This document shows, piece after piece, positions 36,365 to 47,700 of a DNA stretch of 64,000 nucleotides; the stretch's first letter is position 1, and each line of letters starts with the position of its first letter. This DNA is from Vitrella brassicaformis CCMP3155 (taxonomy: Eukaryota > Protista > Chromerida). Made by a program: the position numbers and the translations under genes. Location of the stretch: positions 124,001 to 188,000 of the forward strand of contig CDMY01000748.1 in the NCBI GenBank assembly GCA_001179505.1. Direction: 5' to 3'. The notes beneath the pieces were generated by a model that did not search any database, was not told the DNA's origin, and worked only from the letters and a program-made list of their open reading frames with translations.

Positions 36365-38138
36365 ATGGCCGCCCTTCTCTCGCGCCATGACGCCCTCTCT
36401 GCGCTCGACAGGAGCATTCTCGGCCCTCTGGAGAGCCTCGAGGCCAGACAGAAGGACACTGAAGCGGCCCTCACAGTGAAATACAACGTCACCAACCTGC
36501 TGACGGAGTCTGGGGCCGTGTGTGACGGCGCATCGGCGGCCTCCGCTGATGACCTGCTGTTGCTCAACGTGCGCGGCACTCACGTGTCGGTCCGCCGCAA
36601 ACACCTGACGAGCATCGAGGGCTCTCTACTGGCGCTGCTGTTCGGTGGCCAGTGGGACGGGCGGCTGGTACGAGATGAGGACAGTCGCGTGTTCATCGAT
36701 ATGGATGGCGAGGCCTTCAAGGCCATCCACAGGGCCATCCTCGACGCCGAGACCCTCCGGCGTGCGGGCAAGGCGGTGGCTGTCGGCCACCTGCTGGATG
36801 ATGCTGCCAGGGGCAGCTCCGACGACTTCTGGATCAGACTGATGACTGCACACATCGACAAGGGGCCGGCAGAGAGCAAGGAGGCCTTTGTGGAGCCTCA
36901 GCTGAGTGCCACGGGCATTCCCGCCGAGTTGGGTGAGTTGGTCAAGACGGTGGATGCGTTTGTGAAGGCATACGCCGCTGAGAATGCCCAGCTACAGGGG
37001 CAGCTGGAGGCCGCCAAGATACAATACGAGTGGCTAGAGAGGGAGATAAAGGTGACCGACTGACAAGACTGCAGAGGGGACGAGATCCTGCGAGCACTGT
37101 GGCGGTGTGTGTGTTTGACCACGACAGGCCGTCACGCCGTTTCTCAAGCCGCTGGGTGGCGACGATGCCGTTCGGTCAGTGGAGGTGTGCGGCCAGACGG
37201 TGACGACCACTAAGTGGACCCTCAACCAGATGGGGGATATCACCCTCCGCCATCGACTCGATCTGTAAGAACGACACGCAGCCACACATACCCACACACG
37301 CATATGTCGTTCGTCGTCTCGTCGTGGGTGTAGGTGGTCGCGGACACGTGCGGTTGAGGTGGTGCAGCCCGACCACATCGGCCGTATGGTCGATCACTAC
37401 CGCAGAAAGCGGCTCGGTGCGCCGACCGAAGACATCGATGCGCCGCTCAAGATGACAAGGACGATAGAGCAGGCCGCCTTCGACGTCAATGCGGCCATGT
37501 ATGGCATTGTCAAGACCGACATTGGCGCCACAACCCAGGCCCCAGCCCACACCAGGTGAGTAGTGAACACCACTCACAGTATCCAGCCCCCATCGTCAGT
37601 TCGTGTGTTTGTTCGTTCCTTCATTGTCAGTGTTGGCGGTGTCCCTCCAAGCGTGTCGCCATGGGGATGGCTGAAGGGACGTTGGTGGCTGGTGGCACTC
37701 GTGTGTGTGGGCATCCTCGTGGTCATGATGGGTGCGGCCGTCGACACCAACAGCGGTGCGGCCGTGTGCCGCCAGGCCGTCTCCCAGCCAGCAGCTGTCG
37801 GCCAGGGACCTGCTGATGTGTTCGTTCGCTTGCCGTCGGGTGTGTTCTATCGAGTGGTGCGGCCGGGCCGTGGACCCAAACCCACACGTGATCAGAGCGT
37901 CAAGTACGACCACATCATGTGGTATGACGACTTCGACGGACAAGATAAGAGTGGCGAGGGTCGTGGGCGGGAGTATCTTGTCTCTAATTGTCCTGAGTGG
38001 GCCCAGGAGATGATCACTGACATGCCTGTGGGTGAACTGCGGTGGGTCAGCGTGCCAGCCGGCATGAGTGTCACTGGACAGGAGAAATACATCGAATATA
38101 GGCTGTACGTCGAGTTCAGGCTTTTGATCATACTGTGA
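36365..38138 (+). CDS. Family gene 5: BTB/POZ + coiled coil + BTB-like segment + transmembrane helix + FKBP-like domain
   Basis: Exons 36365-37051 (LLLNVRGTHVSVRRKHLT...SLLALLFGGQW...VFIDMD), 37128-37264, 37334-37555 and 37631-38138 splice in frame. The hydrophobic stretch WWLVALVCVGILVVMMGAAV precedes LPSGVFYRVVRPGRGPKPT...EW...MPVGELRWV. Confidence 0.82.
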
Positions 38139-38635
38139 GGACTGCCTCCTGGTCTAGTGTGTCGGCTGTGTGTGCGTTTGCGGCGGTGAGGCCGTCCGGC
38201 AGTCAGTCTTTAGTGGAGATGTCATCATGGCTGCTCGTGGCTGGCTGGCTGGCTGCACCCATTTCTGTGACTTGGACTGCTTTCCACTCGCTCATGGACT
38301 GATATCATCCACCAATAATAGCATTCCATCGTGGCGTGTGCTGCGCCTGCTGTGCGTGTGTCATCCGTTCCACTCTCTCTGTCCAATGCATAGCAGCTAT
38401 GTACACTCAGAATCGCACCCACACACACGCACGCAGGCAATCCCGGCGAGCAGAGCCACCCAAAAACACTGCATCCATCCATGCCAGCCGCACTCCCGGT
38501 CACTCGCAATATCAATCCCACGGGAGTGTTACTTTACAAATCATGGCGGGACGGCAAAACGTTGCGTGCATACGTCTTCCTTTCCTCGCTGCAACCCTCC
38601 CTCCCCACACCAGTCCGTGAGGCCGCCGCTCTCAC

Positions 38636-39777
38636 TCAGGTGTAGCTGCCGATGTAGGGGAAGCCGGTCTTGAAGACTGCGTCCTGCGTGAGGACGCCTG
38701 CAGAATTCGAAAGGACGAGGCACGATGGATGACTGGCTGGAATGCAATGATGCCTGCCTCGACGTCGCTCTGACTTACCGCTGATGGCGAGCATGGCTGC
38801 TCGGCAGTGGGTGATCTCCTTCTCCTCCATGTCACGCTGACACATCACACACACACACATCACACACACACACATCACACACACACACACACTTATACAC
38901 GACCAAGCCCTCTTCACACCCGACCAAGCCCTCTTCCGTCGGACTAGACTCACCACGTAGTCGGGGTCTTTGTTTTTGCAGAATCCCAGTGGATCGAATC
39001 CGAATGCGCCCGGCTTTCTGCCCGACCCCATATTGACTGTCTGCGTGAGGGCCACCAGGCTGATCATCTCCAGGAACGACACCCACAGCAGAATCTGACC
39101 CATCGCACCGTACTCGACAGCCTTGTCATGCGCCTGCAGGGACGACACAGCGTGCTCGGGACCTGCAACACACACATACACACAGACACATACATAGACA
39201 CAGGGCGTGTGAAGAGAGAGTGTCGGCAGTTGACTGACTGACCGGGGAGTTTGAACATGTCAGCGACAACGTATCCGAGGAACGCGAGCATGGAGATGCG
39301 GCCGTGCTTGAGCTCAGCCTCGCGCATCCAGTCCATGTTGGCCCACTCGGAGAACCCCAAAGGGTCAAAGCCCTTGTCGCCAGGCTGACACACAACACAC
39401 ACACAGACCCACAGTGACACAGACGTACACCACCACACAGACAACGTGCAGGTGTGTGTGTGTAGCTGACGATGTTTGGAAGGTTCTTCGGCCTGCCGAG
39501 GAAGGGCACAGCGACGGGGAGTTCAGCCATCATGGTCGTCTCGGGCGCACTGCCCGCACGCCGAGATGAACCAGCTCGGCTCAGAGACCGCAGACCGCTG
39601 GATGGGACGAATGCCTGCATCACACACACGGATGGACGACACAGCCATGCAGCTGTGTCTGTCGCATCCTGGTGAAGTTTCTGGTTGACTCACCGCATCA
39701 GATCTGCCGGCGTCCAGACCATGTGAGAGCACCACGAGGGCGCTCAACAGACAGCCTTGAACCATAAAGCGCTGCAT
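38636..39777 (-). CDS. Light-harvesting chlorophyll-binding antenna protein (red-lineage, Lhcr-like), bipartite plastid leader
   Basis: Signal peptide followed by AFVP; GDKGFDPLG; [16 protein letters not shown]; [13 protein letters not shown]; [13 protein letters not shown]. Confidence 0.95.
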
Positions 39778-39989
39778 TGTGCAGACCAACGACGAGACCA
39801 CAGGGCAGGAGATCTGCACCCTAGCAGATTTACCACAGTTTGGTTGCCCTAACTCCCCCTTCGACCTCTTATCTTTTCTTTAAACGCAGGGGGGCCCGAC
39901 GGAACTCCCCCTGTCCATCAAGGCCATAGAATCTGCACTGCTGTGCCTATCCATGTAAGACCTATCGCCACCTATCGCCTTCGCAAACG

Positions 39990-40752
39990 ATGATCCAGAA
40001 GAAGAAGCTGAGCGTATTCGTCGCCCCGGAGGACGTCGATTCCCTCCTGAACGTGCCGCCCCAGAAGAAGCCCCCTGCCCTCGAGCCCCTTCTTCGCATC
40101 CGCGTCATTCGTGACGTCTCCCAGGACAGTCACTACAAAGACAGCCATCAGGGGGAGGAGGGGGCCGCCGCGGATTTCCAGTGCGTGGAGCGTCTGCCTG
40201 ACGGCGCGTTTGAGACGTTTGAGAACCTTCTGGTGTCGCTGAAGGGCCGGCATGAGGGGCCCCTGGAGTGGGTGGAGCCGGGAGTGGATCGGCTGCGGGT
40301 GTTCTGTGGGGCGGAGTGGTATGCTCTTGAGAAGGATGCGTCACAGTTTTATAAGGCGGTCAGTGACTCGGCAGGAACAGACAGACAGAGAGACAGAGAG
40401 ACAGAAAGGTGGCTACATGTTCTTGTGTGTGCCCTTCTCTATCTCTCTGTCTGCTCCAAAACCTGCAGTATCCTCTCGACCCCGTTCGGCCTTTCTTCGA
40501 GCAAGCTGCCAAGGGCAAAGCCCTCTCTCGGTCCGTCATGCCTGCTGGCGCTAGCGTTGGAGCTGGTGCCGGCGGTCTGCCCACCCACCCCACACACGTG
40601 ACATACGTGGTCTCTGTCAGCTATGACAGCCCCAGAGGGGGCTACATCGACCAACAGACAATCAGAAGAACGAGGGGCTTTGTTGCAGGTCAGTGGGCGG
40701 GTGGGTGTCTCTTTCCGGTGACAGGTAGATGAGCGATTTCTCTGTGTCTGTT

Positions 40753-40789
<37 letters not shown>

Positions 40790-43148
40790 GAGGCGTTCAA
40801 GGCGACTTACCTGAGGCGGATGGTGACCAAGACCAGGACCAAGAGAGCCCGCACCCGCACTCCGCAGCTGGCCACGGTCTCCCTGCGCACCACCAAGGAC
40901 GGCACAGGCGACAAACGGCATTTCGTCTTCCCCGACGGCAAGTACCGCCGCTCCAGCTTCCTCGCACCCATCCCGGCTCCCACCCCCTCCAACATCATCG
41001 ATGCAGCCGAGCGGCAGAAGGGCACGGCCGTCACGCCAAGCCAGTCGTTCTACAAGGGTGTTCGGACCAAGGCCAGCTTGATGAGCCGAATGGTGCGGTC
41101 GTGGCGGCGGTCGCTCTTGGGGTGTGTGGGGTGGAAAGACGTGGATGACGCGTCGCCCGATGAAGAGGCCGAGGATGCCGCAGCGGTCAGCGAATGGCGC
41201 AGCAGCCGCATAACACGCGTTTCTAGGACGAGTTTGTTTCTGTGGTCACTCACGTCTTGCCACAGACCGAGCGAGTCTCCCCTGAGCTGATGGACCGGCT
41301 TGACACTGTCTTTGGGCTGTTCATTGTTTTGAACGCCATCTTCCTGGGCATCGAGACCGACTGGCGACCGAGAAAGTAGGTCGGTCGGTTGGCTGTGTGT
41401 GTGACGCAGAAAGGACATTGGTCGGTCGTTTGCATGTATGTGTCTCGGTTGTTGTCTTGTCTTGATACCTGCGTCGTCCATCAGTGTGACCGCCTGGGAC
41501 GGGGGGCCAGATTTTTGGGGCTGGTATGCCGTGCAGAATTTGTTTTGTGTCGTGTTTCTGCTGGAGATGCTCATCCGAATATGGATCCTACGCAGCAGGT
41601 GGGGTCGGCCACGCAGAGAGACAGAGACAGGGCTCGTCGACCTGCCTGTCTGTCTGTCTGTCTGTGTGGGATCGAGCGCAGGTATGTGACGGATCCCTTC
41701 AACTTCTTCGATGGGTGTCTGGTCCTCCTTGGCCTCGTCGACACATGGGTACACAGACAGACAGACAGACACACAGACAAACAGACAAACAGACGATCGG
41801 TCGGTGATCACGGGAGCAATTGTTCGTGTCTCGCCCACTGACTTTTGCTCTCCTCCACACCTAGTCAGTTTCTGACGTGGCTGATGCCGCAAGAGAGCCA
41901 GAAGCAGGAGGGCGTGCGGATGATCCTCATGCTCAGGATATTCCGCCTCTTCAGACTCGCTCGCATGGTGCGGCTCTTGCGCATCTTCAGAGAACTATTA
42001 CGCCACACTGAGCGTGTGTGGCGGCGCGTTACGGGAACGTTTCCGGAGAGAGGCGGGGCGTGTGGTGTCTTGTCTGGCTGCAGGCTGATTATGAACGGCC
42101 TGGCTGCGTCGATCCGGACGCTCGGGTGGACGGGCTTTCTGCTGTTTTTCATCATATACACGGCAGCCGTCTTGTACGCAGCTGGCCACACAGACTCAAC
42201 TCACACAGGCACAGACACACCTTTGGTATGCGTGTGTGCGTCTGTGTCTGTGTCTGTGTGTGTCAGCGTGACTCAGCTAGTGGTCGGTGACAAGCAGCTG
42301 GCGGGCAACGAAGAGGCCTCAGGCTACTGGGGCACCGTCGGCAAATCAATGTGTGTGTGCGCGTATGTGAGCAGCCAGCCGATGGAGAGAGAACCCATCC
42401 ATCCATCCATCCATTCATGGAGTATGTCTCTGCACCCACCGTGGCGTGCAGGTTTTCCCTCTTCCAGATGGTCACGCTGGAGGGATGGGAAAGTGAGTGA
42501 GCTGAACAAGACCAGCCGTCCCACCCCCAGCCACACACCTTTCTCTGTCCCATGCGTCACGTCAGGTTTGGCCCGTCCGGTGATGGCTCGCCTCCCCGGC
42601 ATCAAGATCTTCTTCATTCTCTTCCTCAGCGTCTCGGCCTTCGCCATCATGAACCTCGTCATCGCCATCATCTGCGAGCAGACGCTCGCCACGGTGCGGG
42701 AGGACGAGCGCAGCGTGGCCAAGCGGCTCAAGGCCGAGCAAGAGGCATTCTTCTCTGAGGCCTCCAAGATATTCTCCCTTATCGACACTGACGTCTGGGG
42801 GGAGGGGGAGAAAGGATCACGTGAATCAGGCGGGAGAGAGTCTCTCTGACCCTCTCTGTGCGTGTGGTGTGTGCAGATGGACGGGCTTGTGAGCAAAAGA
42901 GAGATGAGAGACGGCATGAAGGACGTCAAAGTGAGTGATTTGATTGAGACATACACATGCGTCCAAGGGACACGACTAGCATGATTGTGCACTGTGCCTT
43001 TCACTCGCTCTCTGTGTGTGCAGGTGCAGCTGAACCAGTGGGGCATCGATCTCGAGATGCACCATGCGCTCTTGGAGTTCCTATTCGACAACGACAAAAT
43101 AGCCAAACACACCCAACCACCCCACGAGACATCACATAGCCATCAAAA

Positions 43149-43187
<39 letters not shown>

Positions 43188-44028
43188 CGTGTGTGTGCGT
43201 GTGTGTGCTGGTTGGTGTGTCGATGGGTGCAGCGAGCGGCTGTCTTGGCCGGTGTTCACCGATCGCATGCGGCGCATCACTGCTCAGGTCAAAGGGGTCG
43301 ATGTCTACTGCCTCGAGGTAGACCTCCATCCATCCATCCAGCCATCGAGCCATGAAGACCTACACCCACAGCACCACTCGCCCACCCATTTATGTGTGCA
43401 GGCGGACATCGACGGCATCGGCCGGCGTCTCAAGCACATGGAGCGGAAGCTACTCTACCTCACACAACAGACCGTCGCCTTCTTCGCACACCAGACTGCA
43501 GCCAAGAACAGACCTCCCAAGATCCTGCCCCTCCCACCTGACGACCTCATCCCCCCACTGGTGGCCCCCTACGCCCACCCAATGCCACACCGCTCGGCCA
43601 TACCCAGCGAATCTGCCAGCGATGATGAGGGAAGAGACAAAGAGGGAGAGGCGGAGGAGGGAGGAGACATGGACGCTGGCCGTCGGGCGACTATGAGACT
43701 CCCGGCAGCTGAGGGAGATGAGCAGAGGCCACCAGTGGGCGAGAGGCAGCTGGCGGACCACCCTTCTGTGCATCGGGCATCCGTCTCGGACAGCCCCACA
43801 GCTCAGTTCCCCTCCTCACCGTTCTTCCCTTCAAAAGCACCACGCCAGCTGCTGTCAGTGCCCGGCCCTCCGTTGGTGAGTGAGCCGCCGTCCGTCATGG
43901 ACATGGACAGCGAGGAGGGGCTTGCTGAGGAGGGGGAGGGTCTTGACGAGTGGGACTACACCACGGTGTCGATAGACCGTGTGGCTGACGGGGCGCGGAC
44001 GTGTATTTCGACCACCTGCTGTACCTGA
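39990..44028 (+). CDS. Single-domain (6TM) voltage-gated cation channel with C-terminal EF-hand
   Basis: S1 FIVLNAIFLGIETD; S2; S3 DPFNFFD; S4 LRIFRLFRLARMVRLLRIFREL; pore FSLFQMVTLEGW; S6 MNLVIAIICE; EF-hand-like IFSLIDTD.DGLVSKREM. Linking the 39990-41290 exons into the same gene is probable but less certain. Confidence 0.85.
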
Positions 44029-44705
44029 GCACGCCAAGAGAATCAGCAGAAGGGGAGGCGGAGAGCGAGCGGTGGGGTCAGCAGAAGGGAGAGGGAGAGG
44101 GAGAGAGGGAGCTCTGACAGACGGACAAGGGATGGCTATCGCATTCACGTGTTGCTTACATATCGCAATTAATGCCTTTCTGACCCTCTGTGGCATTGTG
44201 ACTGAGATCATGGCCATACTGTACGTGTGTGTGGATGTGATGTTCGCATTTGATTGACCGTCGATCGCATCAATCAATGGCCGTTCTCTTCATCGAGAAA
44301 GTTCTCCAGACGAGCTTTAAATCCATCCATGCAAGAGGTGTCATTCCACACACATACACACACATGCAGAGTCACTCTCACACCGAACGTGTAGATGTGT
44401 ATAGACAACGACTCCTGCTACGGTACCACACAGGTATGACCTCAGTCAGTCGTCTTGATATGATAGCTTGGGGGGCGGGCCTCGCCCAAAGCGGGATGTG
44501 AGGACCGGTCTCGCTCTCGATTCGCCGTCGTCCGCAGCCGGAGCAGCTCGGCCCACGTGTGAGAGCCGTGCCGCCGCGTCCGAGGAAGAGCAACTAATCG
44601 AGAACGAGCTCATGCCATGACCATCCACGACCAGTCCAGACACACACAAGCATGCAATGCACCAACAACATGTATATCCATGCAGTCTCTCTGGAAAACT
44701 GCCGT

Positions 44706-47700
44706 CTATGCATCGGCAACTCCAACCAGATACCTCTCCATCACACCCAACGCCTCCCTCTCCCCCTCACCCGCCGAACCCAGATACCGCTCCCGCACCC
44801 GCCCAAGCAGCCCCTCCGCCCTCTCCCTCCTGTCCCTGGCTGTCTGGTTCATCCACACGTCGGCTACAGCCACATAGAGCGCGCCTGGCCCGTCTGTCCC
44901 AAACTGCTGCCGGATGTGCTCCCGGAGTAGTGTGCGCAGCAGGGCCACAGACGTCGATGTCGATGTGCGTGTGGGTGTGGGTGTGGGGTCGCGTGAGGGT
45001 GCGGGAGGGGGCGGGGCTGGGGATTGTGTGTTGATGAGGCAGGACAGCACCGTGTGGAAAGGGCAGCATGAGAGGGCGGCGGGGACGTCCTGGGCCTGCA
45101 GGTAGTGGTGGGCGGCCTGGCAGACAGGACACGACAACACACACACACAGATGATGTGTGGAAGGGCCGTGGGCGTGTGTGTGTGTGGTGTCTGTATGGC
45201 TCAGTCACTTTGAAGGGCTGCCGGTCCGCGAGAGCACGCCTGGCCAGCACGGGATGGATGACGCTCATCGGCACCTTCAGCTCATCAGTCAGAAACGACA
45301 TCTGCAGCACACACAAGACACACAAGGCACACAAATGGATGAGTAAAGCGCGAACAGGGCCGCAGGCAGGCTGAGAGAGCGCATTGACCGACCTGAGTAC
45401 CGTTGTCGAGGCTGAGGTTCCTGTTGAGTATCTCCACAACCAACGAGTCACGAAGACCTGACCGCCCCACATGTCCATCAGCCTTCCCCCCACCCGCCCG
45501 CCATGCCCGTCTGTCTCCTCCTCCCCCACCTACCTTTGTTTGCCATGTGCATGACGACGAACACGGCCCACTCCCACCATCCCATCAGGTCCAGCTGGAA
45601 CGCCATGGCGGCGTGCAGCCGCTCCACCCCCGCACTGCCCACACGCAGCGGGTCCTCGGCCACGTCGCCCCGTGTGCGGATGAGTGTGAGGACCACCGGC
45701 CAGACCAGCATGTGGTCCAGGGGGTAGGGCGTGTGGCTGGCCGTGTCGAAGCAGACGGGAGGGATTATCTCGCCCTGGCGGTATCTGAAAGCACAAACAC
45801 GCTTTTTTGTGCGATGTGCTCTGCGTGTTCCGTAGCGTGTGTGTGCGTGTGTGTGTGTACCTGATAATGGTGTGTTGCATGTCGATGTCGGGTCGGTTTG
45901 GCTGTCCGATCAGGTCGATGGGGTCGGTGCTGCGAGGGATGTACGGCGGGAGGGGCGCCACCGTCTCGTTGACATCCACCTTGGACACCATCATCGCATG
46001 AGACCTCAACGCCTACACACACACACACACACACACATCATCATCATCAAACACCCCGGCCGGCACATTCTCCCCTCTCTCTCTCTCTCTGTGTGTGTGG
46101 GCGTACACTTCCGATGGGGTCGGTATCATCGCCCGTGTACAAGACGACATAGGCCGCCAATCCCTCCCGCCACTCGAGCGCCCCCATCTCCACCTCACCA
46201 GCCGCACCAGCCCACACGCTGCCCAGACGGCTCAGCACCGACGTGGTGGTCTCCGCCAGCTCGTTGGTCGCCCCCATCTCGCGGCGCAGACGGGCCTCCT
46301 CTGTGTCTCGGACGAACGGTTGCGCGCCCGCACTGTGAGTGGCGTTCATGAGGGCCAGCAGACGGCTGCCGGGGAGGGTGGCGAGACGGTCCTTAGTGGC
46401 ACTGATCACTCCATCAGACTGACAGACAGACAGGAGGGGAAGCAGGGCGTGTGTGTGAGGGTGTCTTGGGGGCGAGGGGGATGGCCACATGGTCACTTAC
46501 GTGCTGTGACCGCATGAGGCGCGGGACCAGGTCGGCATCGACGTCCTCATCTTGCTGCTGCTGCTGCTGCTGCTGGAGGTGTGCCCTCGCGAGGGCGTGC
46601 CTGCCCCTGCTGGCATTCTCCTTGACCACCTTCTCGCGCAGCTGACGGTGCGTCACGACCTGCAAATGGATGGAGGGGAACATTCACGATGCTGCACCCA
46701 CGCACAGAAAACATGGATCTGCTGACCTTGAGCCATCCTGCGAGGCCGTGGAGAGCTCTTTTGTTCACGGCGGCCAAGTCATCGGCGGCCCCATCTCCGC
46801 CGCCCCAGAGAGCGTGGATCTCCTCGAAGGTCTCGAGCGCGTAGCGTCCCAGGTACCAGCCGCTCTCGGCCTCCAGACACCGAAGCAAATCCAGCTGACG
46901 CACTATCAACCTACACCACACACACACACACACACACACATGCCTGCACGCCTTCATGGTGTTATCTATGGCTTGCCAGCCGTAGACCCGTACCTGCTAA
47001 CGATGGCCCCATCGCGCTTGATGGCCACGTGTGGCATCCCCCCTGCCCCTCCCCCTCCGTCTGCCTCTGCCTCTGCCTCAGTGACGACGATGTCGCATGC
47101 CTCAAGGTGCGCCCGCATGACCTGGGCGTAGGCCTCCGGGCGTGGGAGGCCGGTGGGGTGGTGCGCTCTCGCCCGGTCAGGGAGCATCCTGCTGGGCGGG
47201 GGCCGCTGGGGAATCACACCTGCACAGACAGACATGCAATGGGGGAGGGTGGATTGTTTAGGTGTGTGGGCCTGTGTTGGTGTTTGACGTAGGTACCTGT
47301 GCTGAAGGGCTTTTCGTTGAAGGTCTTGTTCACCGTCACGAGTGGGTGCAGCGCCACCAGCTTGATGTGGGTGCCTCTCTGCCCACCCCCACCGCCCCCG
47401 CCACGCGTGCACGGAAATGCCACCAGCCCCCGCCCGCCCGCAAAGCACATCGACACGCCGAAACCCCCCTCATGCACCCGGCCCGTCCTCTCCGGCAGCC
47501 GGCTCGTTGCAGCGAGGCCCCCCTGCATGGGCACATCGATGGGGGTGCCACCGGGGGTGAACGCGCAGATGTGCATCCGCTCGTGGATGGGCACGTCGCT
47601 CGCCTCTCTCTCGCCCTCCCGCGCCTTCCTCGGCTCCTTCTCGGGTCGCTTGCGGGCGCCGAGGCGCGTGTCGATGTGGGCTGCTGATCGGGGCGGCGGG

